A stretch of DNA of 42,959 bases, taken from Phoronis australis (Eukaryota > Animalia > Phoronida). Every line of letters begins with the position of its first letter. The stretch's first letter is position 1. The notes beneath the pieces are model-generated. The model searched no databases, was not told the origin of the DNA, and worked only from the letters and a program-made list of their open reading frames with translations. The position numbers were made by a program, and so were the translations under genes. The stretch lies in contig NMRA01000824.1 of the NCBI GenBank assembly GCA_002633005.1, positions 65,847 to 108,805 on the forward strand. Reading direction: 5' to 3'. Shown one piece after another: positions 23,372 to 35,133 of the stretch.

Positions 23372-25049
23372 CTGAATTGTAATATTATTTCTGGGGAAAG
23401 ATTTTTTGAACACGCTAACAGATCATTATTGTATAGACTGCAACAGAAACAAACACTCATAATTTCTCTGCTAGCTGTCTGATATTATTGAACTTTTAGG
23501 AAGTGGCGTGCAGGTCTTAAGTTATTTTTTACTGGAAAATTGGTGCCGTGTTCCGTGTCAGTAAGCCGAAGACCTCAGTTTTCACCACCCAAGAGCTTTG
23601 GAACGATCGAGCACGCTTTTTTTCTTCGTAATTATAATGCTTGTGTTCGGTGTGTTTGTAGTGTTTGCCCTTCCACAGTTCTGAAATACCGGCTAATTTG
23701 CTTAACAATTTATGAACTTCGTCTCTCAATCTCCGTACAGGGAGACCTAGATATGTTTTAATTGGCAAAGGAATACAGTTACGCACTTGTATTTGCTTCG
23801 AGTGATCACGAAACTGCATTAACCCAGAGACCGTTAATGTCTCTGATTTTACGGTAACTCAGTGGTTCCCTGTGTGTCCGCTAGGGGAAGGGGACACGCT
23901 GGTATCATTCAATTTTCCTCGGGGAAATATTTTTACACCGGCGTTTCTGATTGGCTATACGAATTGTCAACAGCTAGCGCTTTATGACTTTCCAGGTGGG
24001 AATTATACTCGGTATTTCTGGCGTTATTGACACTGTAGAGAGAAAACTTGCAAAGATGTTGACAAGTATTTATGTATGCAGGAACGATTCCTGAATGACG
24101 GTCATATTGTCTTCGAAAACGTAGTATCACCGTGAGCTTAAATGGGTTGCTATTTTGTTTAATTGCATTTTATTCTCGTTTTAGTCCGTTTTATACAAAT
24201 TTGATTATTTATTGTCCAAATGTTATTTGTTATTTGCATATGAAGAATGGTATTTAATGCATAATCAAAAGTTTGTGAAGTATTTAGCGTCTCCCGCAGC
24301 CAACATTCGCCAAGTGCTGAGGTCAGCCCTGACTCATCGCGAGGGTACGTCAAATTTCAGCAACAGTACCTGTTTAAGTAATAAATTAGAAGAGACACCC
24401 TTATTAGCTCAACAGATTTCTTATCTTTATCGCCATATCGTGAAACTGATGCATAGTACCGGCTAGCCTGGAGTCAGCTATTGCCGTGTGACTACCCGAA
24501 CGTGTGAGCGCAGTTCTGCATGCTTGGCAACAAATCGGCACCGGCTTTACTGCAGTTAAAAATAAAAAATAGAAAAAATCCACGCACGGCGACGTTTCAA
24601 CAAACAACAGGTTTTATTACAAGACAGGGATCTCCACACCTGAATTGCAATAACACTCGCCTGTGCTTAATTTTGCTGTCAGGACACCGTCGACAACTAC
24701 GTGAGAAGTAATTCCCCTGCAGTTGCCGTGACACTTCGCCGGGAAAATAATCACTTGCTGAATTGACTTTGATATTAAATTATTAGGTCAATATATATTT
24801 TAAAACGTGACAAAAACTTTCATTATATGCCTCTGTTGTCTTAATATAGAAATTCCGTGATTCAAAACGTTGCAGTGTTAGGACCGTGACGCACCGATTT
24901 CAACCAATGAAGGCAAGGGCAGCTAATTAATATGTTCACCTTGCCCTGCGGAGCACACTTGTCCGCGCAGGCCAGGCGGTCGGGCTCCCCCAGGTAGTAC
25001 CGGTAGTATAGCTTATTATGAATGCTTCTGGACGGATGGGAATTATTCC

Positions 25050-25206
25050 CATGCGAGCACCCAGCCTTTAATGTGGGGGACCAGAATCTCTGACAAAGCG
25101 GACCTTTTGCTAACAAAAAAGCGAGAGGACTAAAAAAACGGGGTACTACACCACCTTCAAGTCAGGGAACTGTGCACCACCCGAGCTCCCTCTGGGTAGG
25201 TGCATG
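25050..25206. mobile_element. MITE with 5-bp TSD (same family as 5673 and 7425)
   Basis: TIR catgcgagcacccag / ctgggtaggtgcatg, TSD attcc/atccc; internal gaggactaaaaaaacggg shared with the 7425 element. Confidence 0.75.
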
Positions 25207-25479
25207 ATCCCTTTTACTTTAAACTCACTAATACTTATATTATACCATTTGGCAGCATGACAAGTTTTCTTACTGAAGTTATTTCGCCACCAAATGGTAT
25301 TCTATCATTTATTGTTGGCCGTCATGCAGCCGCCCGGCCGTAACGGATGTTGCGGGAGACCACCCGTATCTTAGTTTCCCTTTCTAAACTTATTTTCGAT
25401 GTTTTCGCAAGCTAAATCGTCAGGATATTCTAACAGTATAGCAATTTTACTCTATTATTTTGATATTTCATGTTCGTTT

Positions 25480-25720
25480 TTATATTTACACTGTTTAGTA
25501 GAGTAAATTATATTTACAATTATTATTATTTATTTACTAGTTTTATGATTGTTATATTATCTTATATTTATTTTTATCTATACATTACTATTTTTTGTTA
25601 ATTGTTTTTTATTATTTATTTATTCACTATTACTTATTTAAATTATTTATTGTGGTCCTATACAGTCAACATCCTAGCTGTCGTTCGTCATTAATCTAAT
25701 TATATTATAGTATAGTAATG
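25480..25720. repeat. AT-rich low-complexity (TTA-like) tract
   Basis: Almost pure A/T sequence. Confidence 0.8.
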
Positions 25721-26729
25721 AAAACCCCTAGAAGCGTATTGTTTAAGTTGCAGTAGCGGGTGTATTGCGTTGCTACTGTTTACAAATCATTGACTACCAC
25801 AGGTTATTTGTATGATGCACGCGTTTACACAGTTTAAACTCAGTTATGTCATTATAGTCATTATAATTTGGCCACTACTGCAGCATTTGTATTCATCCAC
25901 AATATTTTCTTTGTCTTTCGATAATTTGCCATAGCGACAAGTTTGACAGATTCACAGTATTAAAATTTATGGGTGACATACGCCTGCACCACTTGCTCAT
26001 TGAACGAATTCAAGTACTGTGCTATCCCGTTTTCAATGAAATAGTGCTTGTCCAAAAATTATTGTCAAAATGGTCGAAGTGCTTAATGAAACATGACACA
26101 GAGATAATTTATATGGGAGAATTTTGACTGCAGTTCGACATGCACATTTATTTTCTATCGTGATGTGGACTTCAGTGCATAATAAATTCCAGTTGCATTG
26201 TTTGGTAACCTGCTTGATAATTTGGCATAGGAAGTGTTCATATTGAGCCCTACATTGGTGGGTACTTCGGTAGTATAAGTACTACCTTGGAAACCCCGTT
26301 ATACTCAGTGACGATGTCGTTTGTTTAGATTTTTGTTTTGACACGGGTCTTAAAACATCAAGTCGGAATATAAGGCATCCTTGTTATTTATTTTGAAGTT
26401 GGCCATTTTTTACCTGCCGATGTAGGCTAAATATGCCTTTGATTAACTGCTGATAGATGAGTTAATAAAATGTGAGTAGATAAAAATGACATTTTTCCTG
26501 GATTACGAGATCTGGAGGGTATCGCAAAAAATTCCCTTAGATGGACTGAGTATTCAGTGGGCATCTTGGCTGTTTCAGGGAGGGCATGCAAGACAGGTTT
26601 GCTGGACTGCAGGCACGAATTCCTTCCCTCGCTGGTTTTCAACCCCCTACCCAAGTGCCCCCAGTTTCACTCACCACAACCCACCCCAAGCAGCAATCCA
26701 TTTCAGATCCCATCAGGCAGGGAGTCCAG

Positions 26730-27162
26730 TGCCCGGTTGCATGAAACAGTCCCAAATAAGGACTCAGCTAAGTTCCCTAAATCCTCTGCATATTTGTGAG
26801 CTTGTGAAAACAGTGATTGTCCTTTCTTATGCTGTTTGAGTCTCATTACTAGGTCAATTTTTGGCTTTGATACAAGTCGAGAGTCAACTCTACAGTGAAT
26901 TTTCATTGTTATTGAAAATGAGTAGGGATCTTTAAGTGCAACGCCCTTAATTTAAGGACCAAGTCCCTAATTATTATGACTCAATGAAGAGCTCATTTTT
27001 AGGTAAACTATTAGAAAACGTCATAAGTCAAGAAGTAGCTTGTAATCAAGATAAAATGATAGAAAAAATATAATGTCTTTGAGTGAAGAACGAAACAAAA
27101 ACGCAAAATATTTAGATAACTCTGTGGAGTCGCTATTTGGGACTGTTTCATGCAGCCGGCCA
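26730..27162. mobile_element. PIF/Harbinger-like MITE (3-bp TSD CAG)
   Basis: TIR tgcccggttgcatgaaacagtcccaaata / tatttgggactgtttcatgcagccggcca, flanked by cag..cag. Confidence 0.82.
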
Positions 27163-28973
27163 CAGACCCTCTGCTCAAATGTAGAATGTCGTAAACGTGA
27201 ATTTTCGAAACAAAGATCTGGACCCCTGTCCGGATGCCGTAAGAGGGCAGTTATTGGACATTGGCGTAGGAAACCTTTGATGGGAAGGCGGAGTTTGTTA
27301 AGTTTTAACTTTTACTTTAAAACAAAGTTTGGGTGATGAAGTTTTAATAATTAATTGACAGTTATTAACACCTGGAAAACTATCTCCGCCTCCAAGCTTT
27401 TGATCGAGGGGTGCCTGGTTGTCAACGTCTTGGAAAATCCTTCGAAGCACACACGCCCGCTAGGTGTCGCCACAGTGCATTACACAATAATGGCGGCGGC
27501 CATTGAGGTTAGTCGTGACAACGCCTTTCGGATTGATATATGGCACGATATAGGGTAAAGTGAAAACGTGCATTTTAAAATGTGTCGGTTTTTGACGGTG
27601 AAATCGACACATTTCGTTTGTCAACTAAAACCCGCAAAAACTTGCTGATTAAACTACGATCACCTACTGGATCGTCACTTTCCGGCAGCGGGACAGCGGG
27701 CGCGAACTTCTTCCAGTTGGACAGTCCTCCGCCAACCGTAGGCCTAATGGATACGTGGCCGCAGGGTAGCAGGTCAGGCCTTTTAGTATGTGAACCGCTC
27801 CGCATAAAATATATATGCCGGTCGGCACTTAGTCCGCGGCATCACGACCGCCAACGCAAGGACAGACCAGCCTGCCAGCGCTCCGCCCTCGGCACCGCAG
27901 ACTGCTGGACTTGACACCGTGGACCGCTGTCTGGGGAGTTTTCACACTGAGGTAACCGGGACAGGATTAGGGACTGTATCCCGGCCTGCCGATAGACCCC
28001 GCTGTGTGCTTACCTTGGTTATATTTCCAAAGCACCTTTGAGAAAGCGACACAAATGGCCAATAATCGACACATTTTCTTTGAACTTAGAAAGTTTTTCA
28101 AAGCAACGTTTCTGAAACCGACATAAATGGCCTATAATCGACACATTTCGTGGGACTTAAGAAATTTTTCAAGCAACGTTTCTGAAACCGACACAAATGG
28201 CCAATAATCGACACATTTTCGCGGAACTTAGAAAATTTTGCACATTTACGCAGGGGACATACCTGCCTGCAGCGCTCCGGCCTCGCGGCACCGCAGACTC
28301 CGTAAGCTGCCGGACTTGACCCCGTGGACCGCTGTCTGGGGAGTTTTCACACTGAGATACACGGGACAGGACTAGGGACTTCCCGGCTTGCAGATAGACC
28401 CCGCTGTATGCTTAACTTGGTTATATTTTCAAAGCACCTTTGAGAAAGCGACACAAATGGCCAAAAATCGACACATTTCGTGGGACTTAGGAAATTTTTC
28501 AAAGTAACTTTTCTGAAAGCGACATAAATGGCCCATAATCGACACATTTTTCGGGACTTAGTAAATTTCGCACATACGCATAGGGGGACTGTAGCGCCCC
28601 GACCTCGCCCAATCCAGACCCGCATTCCGACTGGACTGCGTGAGCCGCCGTCTGGACTTTTTGTAGATAGCCGGGACACGACTAGGGACTGTATCCCAGC
28701 CCGCCGCTCGACCCTCTATGTTTGCTTACTTTTGTTATATATTCAAGGCTCCTTTGAGAAAGCGACACAAATGGCCAGTAAACGACACATTTCTTAGGAC
28801 TTAGAAAATTTTTCAAAGCAAAATTTTCAAAACCGACACAAATGGCTAATAAGCGACACATTTCTAGTGGCTTAGAAAATTTTTCAATGTGACGTTTCTG
28901 AGTCCCATTTAGCGCCGAAAAAAAAACTAAGGTGACCCTCGTACTAATCGACACAAATGACAATGATCTTATT

Positions 28974-30096
28974 TTCACGAAAACAACAACGGTTTTAAAA
29001 CTTGACATGTTTCGGTGTCATTTATTAAACACCATCCTCAGAAGTCATAATACAGTGGCCACCTGGCTAGGCCCAGCAACAAGTAATGAAGCACAGATAG
29101 AGTCAGTTACAGGGAGTGACAATGAACTACACCAACAATGACAACCTGCGGTGTGTCAGTTGCCTATTGAGATTGGGCTTGCACCAACTGATATGTAAAG
29201 CCTCACGATTTTTAAGCTCCTTTGTTGTTACTGCCTAGTCTATTATTGCAAAGTCATTGAAAGAGCACTGCTGATAACAATGATTGGAGCTCTGCAGGTG
29301 AATATTTACATTGAATTACTGTCAGAATTTAGATGTTCCTTGGTCCTGGTTTTCAAATGGCGAACAGTTTCGCCTATATAACTGGAGCCACATCCAGCAC
29401 AGATAAATTTGTATACTACCTTGGACCGTAGACCCATAGAAATTTTGTCCTTAGGGTTAAATAAACTCGACAGTTTTAGAGACTTGAATGTTAATACAAC
29501 TCTTAAGTTCACACAGTAATCATTCACCAATTTGTTGAGTTTTCGTTGAGCAATTTTGGCGTAAAACCCAACATAGGGTATTTCAAAGTACTTGTAGTTA
29601 GTTTTGTCTACAGGATGAACATCATCAGGGATACGTTGGAGTCTTGCTTTCAGTACCCTATTGACTAATTCTAGGGGATAGCCATTCTTTTGCAAATTCG
29701 TTGTAAGTTCTTTGATATTAGAATCAAATCTAGCCCAAGTGTTGTTAATGCGATATACCCTGTCTATTAGCGTTTTAATGAGACCTACTTTATAAACAAA
29801 GGATGTGAAGCTATGAAAACAAGTGTGCAGTCCTGTGTAGGTCTTCTTATGAAATACTGATGTTATCACTGAGGTACCCTCACGCTCTACTAACACGTCC
29901 AGAAATGGCAAAATGTTATCGACCTCTAATTCTACACTGAATTTCAAATTAGGATGCCTCGAGTTTAAATACACCAAAAATTCCTGGGCTGACTGCTGAT
30001 TTTCAAATATACAAAACACATCATCTACATATCGTCGATAGAAATAGATGACACCGAAACATGTCAAGTTTTAAAAACCGTTGTTGTTTTCGTGAA
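28974..30096 (-). mobile_element. Penelope-like retroelement, 5'-truncated, with an inverted pLTR fragment at its 5' junction
   Basis: Open 253-aa frame 29306-30067: RRYVDDVF, LPFLDV, FHKKTYT, NGYP, IPYVG, VVYKFICAGCGSSYIGETVRHLKTRTKEH (RT C-half + GIY-YIG), frameshifted afterwards. 28974-29021 and 30048-30096 are inverted copies. Confidence 0.95.
28999..29046 (-). ncRNA. minimal type I hammerhead ribozyme of the Penelope pLTR
   Basis: Minus strand GACTT-CTGAGGA-T-GGTGT ttaataaatg ACACC-GAAA-CATG-TC-AAGTT: complete core, 5-bp stems I and II, palindromic CATG in place of stem III, GUC cleavage triplet. Confidence 0.85.
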
Positions 30097-33000
30097 CATA
30101 TGCTGTTACTTGCTATCATGGAGAACAATGGTCTTAGTTGTGACCCATGACGTACAGTTTACCACAGGAAACTTACCTTTCGGTGACGGGTGCAGATTTC
30201 TAATCACAGAATTTCAAAATTAAATCTATTAGAGACAACAAAGTTAAAATATTACGACATATATCTCGACCCTTCTCCTTGCATGTAATATCTTACTGTA
30301 CGCTGTGCCACGATAGCCTAGCGTCACCGAAGTCAGTAGCGCGGTCTCATTGGGGACATCTTATTCAATCTAACCTCAAACGTTTATTCACAAAGACATC
30401 GGGGTCTAATGAAGCAATTAAAGTACAAGGTCCCTGCGTGCGGAGTGGGATGAATGGAGATTCGTCGGGCTCACGGCGACATACTGGCGGAATGCATGTA
30501 CCAGAAAACTAATCTGTTTGTAGTTGCTCCTTGACAATTACGGGATTATGTCGAGGCGTAGGCCTAAGGCGGCGGCGATAAACAGAATGGCCCGTCCCGA
30601 GAAATGTGTCGATTATTGGCCATTTGTGTCGGTTTCAGAAACGTTGGGTTGAAATAATTGTAAGTTCCGAGAAAATGTGTCGATTATTGGCCATTTGTGT
30701 CGGTTTCAGAAACGTTGCTTTGAAAAATTTTCTAAGTCCAACGAAATGTGTCGATTATTGGCCATTTGTGTCGGTTTCTCAAAGGTGCTTTGAAAATATA
30801 ACACAGGTAAGCATACAGCGGGGTCACGGTCTATTGGCAGGCCGGGATAGGCCCTGAGTCGTGTCCCGGGTACTCTGTGAAAACTCCCCAGACGGCGGTC
30901 CACGGAGTCAAGTACGGCATCTTGCGGGGTCTGCGGTGCCGAGGCCGGAGCGGTGCAGGCCGGTCTGTACCCTGCGTAAATGAGCAAAATTTTCTTATTT
31001 CCGAGAAAATGTGTCGATTATTGGCCATTTGTGTCGCTTTCTCAAAGGTGCTTTGAAAATATAACAAAGGTAAGCATACAAGGGGGTCGATGGTCAGGCC
31101 GGCGAGATACAGTCCTAGTAGTGTCCCGGCGGTCTACGGTGTCAAGTCCGGCAGCTTGCGGGGTCTGCGGTGCCGAGGCCCGAGCGGTGCAGGCCGGTCT
31201 GTCCCTGCGTGTGTTCAAAAAGTCCCAAGAAATGTGTCGATTATTGGCCATTTGAGTCGCTTTCAGAAACGTTGGGTTGAAAAATTTTGCGAGTACAAAG
31301 AAATGTGTATATGACTATCGGCGCCGGAGTGCGGAATCACGGTAGCCGTCGGGTAGGAGCCTGGGCAGTGGAAGACAGGGGGCGCACGTCCGTACTGGGC
31401 ACTGAGTTGAAGACAGGGGGCGCACGGGTACGTTCTCTTTGGCGGAGCGGAGCGGACGGGACTGAGATCTGAGGTTTGTGGACTTTTGTTACTCCGGGCA
31501 TGATTAGGAAGTTTCCGCGGATTTTGGTCGCGAAACGAAATGTGTCGATTTCACCCTCAATAATCGACACATTTTAAAATGCGCGTTTTCACTATACCCG
31601 ATATCGTGCCACTGTTGTTCGGATTATACTTGGGTGTTCCATTCTCTCTCTAGCGGACACTTAGGGGACCAGCAGCGAGTATACGGTACTAACTGCCAGA
31701 AAATGTCGCGTTTATCGAAATTTGACGTTGTCGGATATAAACGGAAAATACCGACTTTTTTCAAAACATGGTTATAGTATTATCCATGATACGACGTCTG
31801 TCGAAAACTGACAGTTGTTCTGTTTTGTTGGTCATCAGGTGGTAAGTAAAGCTAATTTTTAATTAATATGTAACTTAATTCCTTTAATAGGCCTACGCAT
31901 GTCACATTACACATTACTATGAACATTCTTAATTTACAGTCTTATACAGTGACATGACCCGGCGACTTTACAGGGTTCGTTGTTGAGATGAGTATGAAAC
32001 ACCAGCACCTATCCGAATCAGTAAGCGCCATCACCTTTTCCAACTCAGTGTCCATCTCAACTTTGGGCCGTGAAGGGCGGTAATAGCATTTTTTTACAGA
32101 ACAGTTCACAGACGTGAACAACTTTGGTCAACCCCTGCTATACTACTAGCACAGTTATTAACAACCCCACGACCCTAATTCAATCCGTCTCTGATGCAGC
32201 AGCCCATGAGCTTCAGTGACTACTACGGCCCGGGATTCTGTCGGAGCCGGAGCATGAGCTATAGCGTTACTGGCACCGCAATAATGTGCTGAAATAGGAT
32301 TGGTCTGTGTGCCAGATGAAACGTGGGGGTGTGTCCGTAAGACGGTAAAATACCATTCTCCATAAATGTGCGCGAGCAAGCCCTGTGCGGACTAGGCAGG
32401 GAAAAGCGGGTTCATTGACTTAGCCACGATCTGACATGTTGATTACTGACTAGGCCTACATGTATGAAAGCAAGGTGATTCACTCCGATTTACACTAAAA
32501 CAGGAAGCAAAACATTTATTTTTTAATGTAGATAATCTTGTAAGTTCACTGGATGGATTAAATTGTGCTTAAATTTAGGCAATTGAATTCGCCGAACAGC
32601 GGGCCCAACTTAGCAGCCAAGGAGACCTAAATTTGTAATAACAGTAGTCTTCGGTGTAACTCAGTCTTTTCCAGCCGTTTCCCTGTGCCCCTTCGATGGT
32701 TCTGGAATCTCGTGAAATTTACAAAAATCCTCGTACTCTTTCATTGCTCCGTGCAGCATTTCATGTGACGCGTACTTCGCACTGACACCTATTGGAAAGT
32801 CCCTTGTTACTGAGTTCTTGGTGATTATACCAGAAGCAGAAGAAAATAAGTAATAATAAGTAATTATCATTTCGCATACCTGACTGGTTTAAAATATTTT
32901 TTAAATCTAAAAACCCAGAGTGTTATCAAAATGCGAAAAATAACGGCGTGTAATAGTAACATAAAAAAGGAAATGAACCAGAGAGGTTATACAAATGACT

Positions 33001-33619
33001 AGGGAAGCCATTAGGGAATTTACTGATGATCCAAAAGATTTCTACCTATAAAGACAAAGGTTTTAGAATATGGCTCCCTCACATTTGCTGTAGATAATTT
33101 AGTCAGGCATTCATTCAAAATTATACATCTTCGTATATTACAATTAGCAGTAGTAAATGGCTCTGACAGTTGTTATTTCTAGGATCCCTGTAATGATCCC
33201 GGAAAGAAGTCACGCCTCCGGTTAGCCAAAGGTCAATGAGGAGTGGTCGCCATTTTTTTACTCGAGGACGTGTCTTCATAGCGTTGTTTTACGTCATCAT
33301 ATAAAATTAGATGGACAAAAAAGTGTCCTTTGAATACTACCCGGTGATGTTAATGAGTAAGGTTTGATTGCACAGACAACAATAGTGGTTTTATATATTT
33401 ATTAAACATGCAACATTCAATACAGATTTAAACTCAGAACAAAAAACGATGAAGCGAAGTCACTCGGCAACTAAATGAACACTAAGTACCGGTACTGACG
33501 CTGAGTGTCAGATGGTCACCCAACGACGATATCCCGAGATGACTCGGCTAAAGTAAGAAGGTTACAACAAGTCGACGGCAATGAGTCTCCATTGTTTGAA
33601 AAATCTTTCATTTGATGTG

Positions 33620-34190
33620 ATTTGGACAAGCTTTGCAGACTGTAGTCCTCTGCTATGAAATGTGCCAGTATATTATAATCCGAGCGTGTTCTGTCTGCGA
33701 TTAACGCGTGCATTGTAGGCCTTCTGCAACGATTGCAAGGCATGTATTCTTATAACTCATTGGTTTATTACGAAAGATTTGTCATTGTACGATAATTCTA
33801 GTGTGTTCTGTCAACGACTTTCAATTTCAAAAGTACATTGTACAGCGTATGAATGAGTGCAATGCACGCGTTCTCAAAGGAACATGTTGACGCTCAGTGT
33901 AGCACAGTTTTTACTGAAGTTTATTTTTTATTTGACTTTGGCCTGGCCCAATAAAACAGTTTCGTAACTTTCAGCCTTGTTTGTGTTTGCCTTATAAGTT
34001 TTTTAAAAAGTGAGCGGTGTTTCCACAAAACCCTCATAACATATGGCGGCAGTTGAGTGAGTGAGAACCCATAATGAGAAATCTACCACTCGCACGACGG
34101 CCATTTTAGGTGGTGATGCAACACCAAAAATAAAAGTTAAGCCTAAAAGTAGAATGTCAAATTCAGTTAAGTATGAAATATGGTGTTGTA
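33620..34190. repeat. interspersed repeat or duplicated segment, copy 2 (copy 1 at about 3030-3430)
   Basis: Same collinear blocks as copy 1, with an extra internal segment. Confidence 0.85.
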
Positions 34191-35133
34191 ATAGCATTAT
34201 TTGGGCTTTCGTTTCGACTGAACATACTTGCGATTTTATGAAGCTATAATTATAATGATGTGCAAAGAGTATCTTTAAGATGGCTCCCTAGAAAGTTGTG
34301 TTGGTTTGTGATGCACTCTTATCCTGCAGCTGATGATTGTTATAGGTTGCAGACAAATGATATCAGTTTTAAAGGGCTTTGTGTGTCCAGGAGCTACTGT
34401 ACTAATGGACATGGGGGTTATGAAATTGACTGGGAAACTCTAACACAATTTTTGTCTCGAAATTTTCCTATTTTACACTTTCTTGAGCGTGTTTTTACAT
34501 GTTTATTTTTCTTTGTTTAGCTGTGCAGTTGAGAGTTTGGTGGTATATTTTCGTTTGATGAATCTTGTAATAAGCTATTGGATGTAATAGTATATAGAGT
34601 AGACCACTGTCTGCGTTCTTCTAAATGGCCTATCCTATACATTTCTACTAATACCTGACACTCTATGTGTACTGAACTTCTCACACTAAGATTGCATGAA
34701 TTGTAACAAAATGTCCAAAAATGATTTAAGCCACCAATTTGAGCTCATAAAATTTGTCCCCCGTCCTGTATACCGCCGTGACGGTACTTGATTTTTGTTA
34801 CCAACAAGAAATTTGAAACCATCAGCGACCCCAAAAAACTTCAGAGTTTATCGATATGGCCAACCTTAAAACTGCAAGTTAAAAGTGGCGCATGTACGCA
34901 TTTCCTGAACCTTCAGGATCGGCTAGGTGCTGTAACATTTTTAAATCCAAAAGCCCGTCAGATGAGAATTCAAAATTGACAGTAAAATATCGGCGAAACC
35001 TCCTTTTAAAATTTCGTCTTGCTGCGATGTGTTATAAAAAAATAGACTGACGTGAATGCGAGATACAATGTTTGGGTTGACGTTACGCAGCCATCTGGGC
35101 TTAACAAAACTGGCAAACTGAAATACATCAGGT

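Larger units (their letters stand above)
27541..31611. mobile_element. foldback-like element with kb-long, internally repetitive inverted arms (about 27541-28920 and 30600-31611)
   Basis: Terminal ~110 bp inverted (tggcacgatat.gggta.agtgaaaacg.gcattttaaaatgtgtcg). gacacaaatggccaataatcgacacattt occurs 7 times in the left arm and 5 times inverted in the right arm, within larger GC-rich units. No clean TSD. Confidence 0.85.

Noticed and set aside
28040-28870. CRISPR-like array (29-bp repeat with ~40-bp spacers)
   Set aside because: Spacers resemble each other, the array is mirrored in an inverted arm, the context is eukaryotic and there are no cas genes.
27575-31570. Many short ORFs in the GC-rich arms
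   Set aside because: They are translations of the repeated units on both strands with no domain signature.
32661-32870. THAP-like or other coding exon (CKFHEIP)
   Set aside because: The Cys/Trp/His pattern is incomplete and no consistent splice frame was found.
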